This document shows positions 47,790 through 53,363 of a DNA stretch of 53,363 nt, piece by piece; within the stretch, counting starts at the first letter, position 1; every line of letters starts with the position of its first letter. A model generated the notes under the pieces. It saw only the letters and a program-made list of their open reading frames with translations, was not told the origin of the DNA and searched no databases. The DNA lies in contig NC_057757.1 of assembly GCF_004010195.1 (NCBI RefSeq), positions 8,662,789-8,716,151 of the forward strand. The letters are read 5' to 3'. The translations under genes were made by a program, and so were the position numbers. This DNA is from Chiloscyllium plagiosum (lineage: Eukaryota).

Positions 47790-50740
47790 AGAACCCCCTG
47801 ATAGTATGTGGATGGTCCAACTGGTGGAGGGGCAATACCGGGCCTTGTACTGGTTAGCGATTCTGACCATGTTACTAACCTTCCACTGGGAGAGCATTTT
47901 AAAAGCAGTGAGCAGAACCCCTTTTGTCTTCAGATACTTATGAACAAGGATAAGTCAGGACCTTGTGGCATGTTACTCAATTGGGGGAGGGAAAATTACG
48001 TTAGTATCAGGCAGGAGTTAGGGAGTGTTAATGGGGAGGAGCTGTGATCAGGCCAATCCACATTTGGCATGTAGGAGTTGTTTAAAGACTGGCTGTTCAG
48101 GGTTTAGGACCAAAATGTTCCATTAAGGAGGAAGGTCAAGGATGGCAAGGTCAGGGACCTTTGGATAATGTGGGAGGTTGTGAATTTACTCAAAAGGGGG
48201 AAAATATAATATATTTCGCACACTAAAATCAGACAGAGCCCATGAGGAATATAAATAAGGCAGGAAAGAACACAAACAGGGAATTGGGAGAGCAAGAAAG
48301 GACTATGAAATGACCTTTGCTTTTGTTTTAAAGAGAAACCAAAGTCATTCTGTATACATATTTAAAACAAGGGGATAACTAAGGAGAAGGTAGAACCACT
48401 CAAGTATAAAGGAGTGGACTTGTGTTTGGAGGTGAAGGATGTGGGTGAGATCCTAAATGAGTACTTTATGTAGGTACACACCCAGGAGAAGGATATGGAG
48501 GATGATGTGATTAGCGTGGAGCATGCTAATGTGCTTGGGCATTTTGAGATCAAGAACGAATTGATGTTCGATCTCTTGAAGAGCATTAATATAGCTATGT
48601 CCCCAGCGGCCGATGGTATCTAATCAGGGTATGGAGGGAGACAAGAGAAGAGATATTTGGGGCCTTGAGCAAGACCTTTGTGCCCTCACTAGGCACCGGA
48701 GACGTCCTGGAGGACTGGAAAGGAGGTAATGTTGTTCCTCTCCTCAAGAAGAGAAATTGGGATAATCCAGGAATCTATAGACTGTTGAGTCTCACATTAG
48801 TGATAGGGAAGTTATTGGAGTGAAATCTTCGGGATAGGAAGAAGAATGGCCTAATTAGGGGCAGTCAGCCCGGCTTTGTGCAGGGCACGTCGTATCTTAC
48901 TAACTTGACTGAATTTTTCAAGGAAGTGAAAAGGCTGATCAGTGAGGGCTGAACAATGGATGTTGTCCACATGGATTCTAGTAATGCTTTCCACAAGGTC
49001 CTTCATGGTCAGCTCATCCAGAAGATAAATTTGGATGGGATCCACGGTGACTTGACCACATGGATTTAGGATTGGTTTGCCCATAGTAGGCAGAGGAGAG
49101 CAATGGAAGTGTGTTTTCCAGATGGAGACCCATGATGAGTAGTATTCCAAAGTGAACCATACTTAGACCTCTGATGTATCAATGCATATAAATGACTTAC
49201 ATATAAATGACTTTATATAGAAGATCAGTGGAGTTGCGGATAGTGTAGCCGGTTGTGAAAGAGTCCAGTGACATATAGATCAGTTTCATATATGAACGGA
49301 GAAATGGCAGTTGGAGATTCATCTGGATAAGTATGAGATTCTGCACTTTGGGAGATCACATGTTAAGGAAAAGTATACAGTTAATGGGAGGACCTTGACC
49401 AGCATTGATGCGCAGAGGGTTCTTGGGGTTCAAGTCCTGAGCTCCTATAAAAGCAGTTAGGATTGTACACAAGGCATATGGCTTGCTTATGTTTATTGGT
49501 CGGGGAATTGAGTATAAGAGTGAGGATGTCATGTTGTAGATTTATAAGAATTTGGTTCAGCCGTATTATAACATAGAACATAGAACAATACAACACAGAA
49601 CAGGGCCTTCGGCCCACGATGTTGTGCAGAACATTTGTCCTAGCTTAAGCACCTATCCATGTACCTATCCAATTGCCGCTTAAAGGTCACCAATGATTCT
49701 GACTCTGCCACTCCCACAGGCAGCGCATTTCATGTCCCCACCACTCTCTGGGTAAAGAACCTCCACCTGACAGCCCCCCTATACCTCCACCCTTCACCCT
49801 AAATTTATGTTCCTTGTAACACTCTGTTGTACCCGGGGAAAAAGTCTCTGACTGTCTACTCTATCTATTCCCATGATCATCTTATAAACCTCTATCAGTC
49901 CCTCTGCTCCTCCACCTTACTAAGGTGGAACCCTACCGTTAACCCTGTATTCTGCATTCTTATTTGTTTTTCCAAAATGGACAACCTCACACTTGACAGG
50001 GTTGAACTCCATCTGCCAGTCCTCAGCCCAGCTCTGCATCATATCTAAGTCCCTTTGCAGCCGCCAACAGCCCTCCTCACTATCCACAACTCCACCAATC
50101 TTCGTATCATCTGTAAATTTACTGACCCACACTTCGTCTCCCTCTTCCAAGTCATTAATAAAAATTACAAACAGCAGAGGACCCAGAACTGATCCCTGCG
50201 GATCAGTATTGTTTTCAATTCTGGTTGCCACACTACAGGAAGGATATGAAGGCTTTCGAGAGGTTCAGAAGTGGTTTGCCAGGATGCTGCCTGGATTAGA
50301 AGATATGAGCTTTAAAGCGAGGCTAGAAAATGTCAGGTTGTTTTCTCTGGAGTCATTGAGGCTGAGGGTAGACTTCATAGAAGTCGATAAAGTTACGAGA
50401 TAATGTTGGCAGTGAAAGTCTTTTTCCAGAGTTGAAATGTCTAAAACTAGGGGTCTTGAATTTAAGGTGAAAGGTGTAAAGTTCAAAGGAGATCTGAGGG
50501 TCATTTTCTTCAACAGGGAATGGTAGGAGTCTGGAACACACTGCCAGGTAGTGCGGTGTAGGCAAATGCGAAAGGGCTGTTTAAGGGACTTTTAGATAAA
50601 CACATGAATATGTAAGGAATGGAGGGTTATAGAGCGAGGGCAGGCAGAAGGGATTAATTTAATTTAGCGATATGGTCGACACAGCATTATGGGATGAAGG
50701 GCCTGTTCCTAAACTGCTACTGTTTTCTGTTCTATGTTCC
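47790..50740 (+). mobile_element. Long decayed CR1 LINE ORF2 with a nested minus-strand CR1
   Basis: PTGGGAIPGLVL..LGEHFKSSEQ (47808), ccaggaatctatagactgttgag (PGNYRP region), cttactaacttgactgaatttttc, and a 3' tail ttctatgttcc near 50735. Confidence 0.9.
49570..50203 (-). mobile_element. Nested CR1 fragment (RT core joined to the 3' tail)
   Basis: PQGSVLGPLLFVIFINDL..VSKFTDDTKIGG in ORF 49920-50231, with tail (acataga)n at 49570. Confidence 0.9.
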
Positions 50741-51019
50741 TGCTTATATCTGTCAAGCAGAACTCTCTGATTCGACCAGGTAAACAGCCCCAATCAAAGA
50801 ACTCATGTTCGACAAGGTTCATCTGAATTCGTGACAATCACTCCTCTCAGGGTTTAGGGATTAATACTTCATTAATAATACCGCTAGGTCAATTCCTCTC
50901 CAGATAAATAACAGCAACTGAACATTCCCCAGCATATTTGACTCTTCTTAATACCTTTTCCTCCTACCTCATCCATGATAAATAGTCCTAATGATGTTCG
51001 AGACAATACAAGTGACACT

Positions 51020-52215
51020 GAGCATAAGACAGAGGGCTGTCTTATTGAAGTCATAGAGGACTTTGGTAAGACCGCAGCTGGAGTATTGTGTGTGGTTTTG
51101 CTCTCCCTCCCTGAAAGATGTTATCCTTACCATAGAGGGAGTGCAGCAAAAGCTGATACTGAGGAGGGCAGGATTGTCCTCTGAGGAGAGACTGTCCAAC
51201 TGGGCCTGTGTTCACTCGAGTTTAGAAGGATGAGAATGGATCTGATGGAAATGCACAAAATTCAAACAGGTGAGATGCAGAGTAGATGTTTCCCCAGGCT
51301 GGCGAGTCTAGAATGAGAGGTCACTGTTTCAGGATATGGGAGGAAAGCAATGAGGGCTAAGATGAGGAAACATTGATTCACACAGAGGGTGGTTGACCTG
51401 TGGAATTCTCTCCCACACCAGACTGTCGAGGCATGGTCACAGAATCTATTTGAGAAACAACTGAATAAATGTTGTGATGTAACGGCATCAAGATGTATAG
51501 GGCGAAAGTGGGAACATGAAATTGAGATCGAGGATCAGGCAAGATCATATTGAAAGGCAGAGCAGGCTCGAAGAGCTGAGTGGCCTATTTCTGTCGTGGT
51601 CTATGTTTGAGGCAAAGCTGAAGTAGAGTTTACTCAGGCTCGCTTGAGGCTCTTTGATAGGAAGAATAGAAGGGCTGAATGTTACTTGAACAGCGAAAAT
51701 ATCTGCAGAATGATTCGGGAGTCATCATGAACGTTTTACAGAAATGGGAGACGCCGCATTTTATGGATATTAGGGAAGGACAATGGGCAGGTGGCCTTTT
51801 TTGCTTATGGGAACAGAAAATAGGAAAAAGGAGATCTTGTTAAACTGTACAAGCCTCTGGCCAAGATGCCCCTGAAATATTGTCAACGGCTTTCAGCCCC
51901 TTATATTAGGGAAGATATCCTTGGCAGTGGAGGCAGTCAGAGATGATTCACTCGGCTGTTACTAGGAATGGAACGAATGTCCAATGAGGGGAGTTTGATG
52001 AGTGTGGGCCTGTGGTGATGAGATTTTAGACAAATCAAAGGCACCATTATGAAAGTATACAAGACTCTTTGAGGTCTTGTCAGGTTGGAAATGGACAGAT
52101 TGTTTCCCCTTGTAGGTGAGGCCACGATCTGGGACTTGTTCAGATTGGGATGTCTGGTCGCCATGGACTAGCTGGACTGAATGGCCCTTTTCCCTGCTGA
52201 ATGACTCTATGGCTA
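51020..52215 (+). mobile_element. Two decayed CR1 3' fragments
   Basis: ctttggtaagaccgcagctggagtattgtg...ctgtggaattctctccca (51020-51610) and ctgtacaagcctctgg...ctgaaatattgt (51680-52215). Confidence 0.75.
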
Positions 52216-52229
52216 TGTTTATGGAGGTG

Positions 52230-52570
52230 CACCCGTCCAGGCAAGTGGGGATTATATCATCACACTCCTGCCTTGTGGCTTGTTGATGGTAGACAGGTTT
52301 TGCGGAGTCAGAAATTGAGTTACTTTCTGCAGTATTCCCAGCCTCTGACCTGCTCCTTGGCTGTGTGCACCGACCTGCAGCATGTAGACTGCACTTGGTA
52401 AAGAAAGCAGCTCACCCCACCTTTTCAAGGGTAACTATGAAAGGACAGTAAATGTTGCTACACCCAGGAACTCCAACATCCGATGTGATGCTACAAAAAC
52501 CATGGTATTGAGTGGCTTGTTCAGTTCAGTTTTAGGTCATGGTAACCTCCAGGACATTGCTAGTGGAGAA
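52230..52570 (-). mobile_element. L2/CR1-clade LINE fragment with a nested opposite-strand tail, paralogous to 29100-29445
   Basis: Same order and junctions as the block upstream of gene 3. Confidence 0.7.
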
Positions 52571-52579
52571 TAGTTGTCC

Positions 52580-52982
52580 TCCTTGAATTATACCAATGCT
52601 GTCTGCGTCTATAATCTGACAATTAAATTGTCTCATTATGATTACTTTACAATGTTTGTTGTTGTCATCCACAATTGATCTATTTCAGGAGTTTATTTTG
52701 GTAGAATTCTGGCATAAGGACCACATTATTAACGTGCAGATTTTGATGCTGGGGAAAAAGGATACTGTCAACTGGTCAAGAGTTGCATTGTTCATGTACA
52801 AATTACTCTGACAGTGGTTGATGATTTCATTACTCCAATTGGTGTTTGTAATTCGGCTCCCTCAACATGGGGACGGAATTTCTGATCTGATGAATTCGCC
52901 TTGCTATAAATAAGGGATGTTATCTCAATCTCTCAAACAGATATCAGACCAAACCTTAGCAACAATCTTCAAAACATCCGTC
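52580..52982 (+). promoter_or_regulatory. Conserved upstream region of gene 4 with TATAAATA at 52905
   Basis: Colinear with 35760-36172. TATA-to-start distance is 78 nt in both. Confidence 0.65.
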
Positions 52983-53096
52983 ATGTGCAAAAGGAAATTC
53001 ATGTTTCTTGTTTTTTGGTCAAGCTGAAGGATCAGTGGGCGATTAATGACATACAGAGGATTTACTACCTGATCTTAGCCTCATTTGGTGTTCCGG
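52983..53096 (+). CDS. GPR139-like gene 4, exon 1, with an apparent 1-nt frameshift (pseudogene or assembly error); exon 2 beyond the window
   Basis: WAINDIQRIYYLILASFGVP followed by G|gtaagt at 53097. The ATG at 52983 is 80 nt from the YY codons (81 in gene 3) and is therefore out of frame. Confidence 0.75.
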
Positions 53097-53274
53097 GTAA
53101 GTTACATCCTAGCAATGTTGTTTCAAGAAGTGAAATTCAATTCAATCTTAAAACGTCTGTCTTTCCAAAATAAGCTATCTCACATTATTAGAGTGGCAAG
53201 AGTTAATGAAGAATTTCTTTGTCCGTTCCGAGTGCAATGCTATTGATAAGCTGAGGCAAAAAGCAATCATCCAC

Positions 53275-53320
53275 CTATCTATCCATTTCATGTATCTATC
53301 TATCTATGTATCTATCTATG

Positions 53321-53363
<43 letters not shown>
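53275..53363. repeat. (TATC)n microsatellite
   Basis: Read directly; runs off the window end. Confidence 0.95.

Overview
Eukaryotic, repeat-dense DNA, most likely from a shark or other elasmobranch (inferred from HE1 V-SINEs, Deu-domain SINEs, shark-type CR1 LINEs and Penelope-like elements). It contains a head-to-tail cluster of four + strand, two-exon class A GPCR genes of the GPR139-like type. Gene 1 shows only exon 2 (5343-6259, open). Gene 2 is complete (16494-16635 + 22209-23098, 343 aa). Gene 3 is a multiply disabled pseudogene (about 36173-38602). Gene 4 shows only its promoter and exon 1 (52983-53096), with an apparent 1-nt frameshift. Genes 3 and 4 share a TATA promoter, the intron start and a nested LINE scar, indicating tandem segmental duplication and birth-and-death evolution. 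Intergenic and intronic space holds two decayed full-length Gmr1-type Gypsy elements (integrase before RT), solo or partial LTRs, many CR1 and L2-like fragments, SINEs, and about a dozen Penelope-like remnants whose pseudo-LTRs carry minimal hammerhead ribozyme motifs, one with a U3-A8 compensatory core. A 20-N gap probably hides a full-length young CR1. Repeat boundaries are approximate unless a target-site duplication (TSD) is quoted. Family assignments come from recalled motifs, not database searches.
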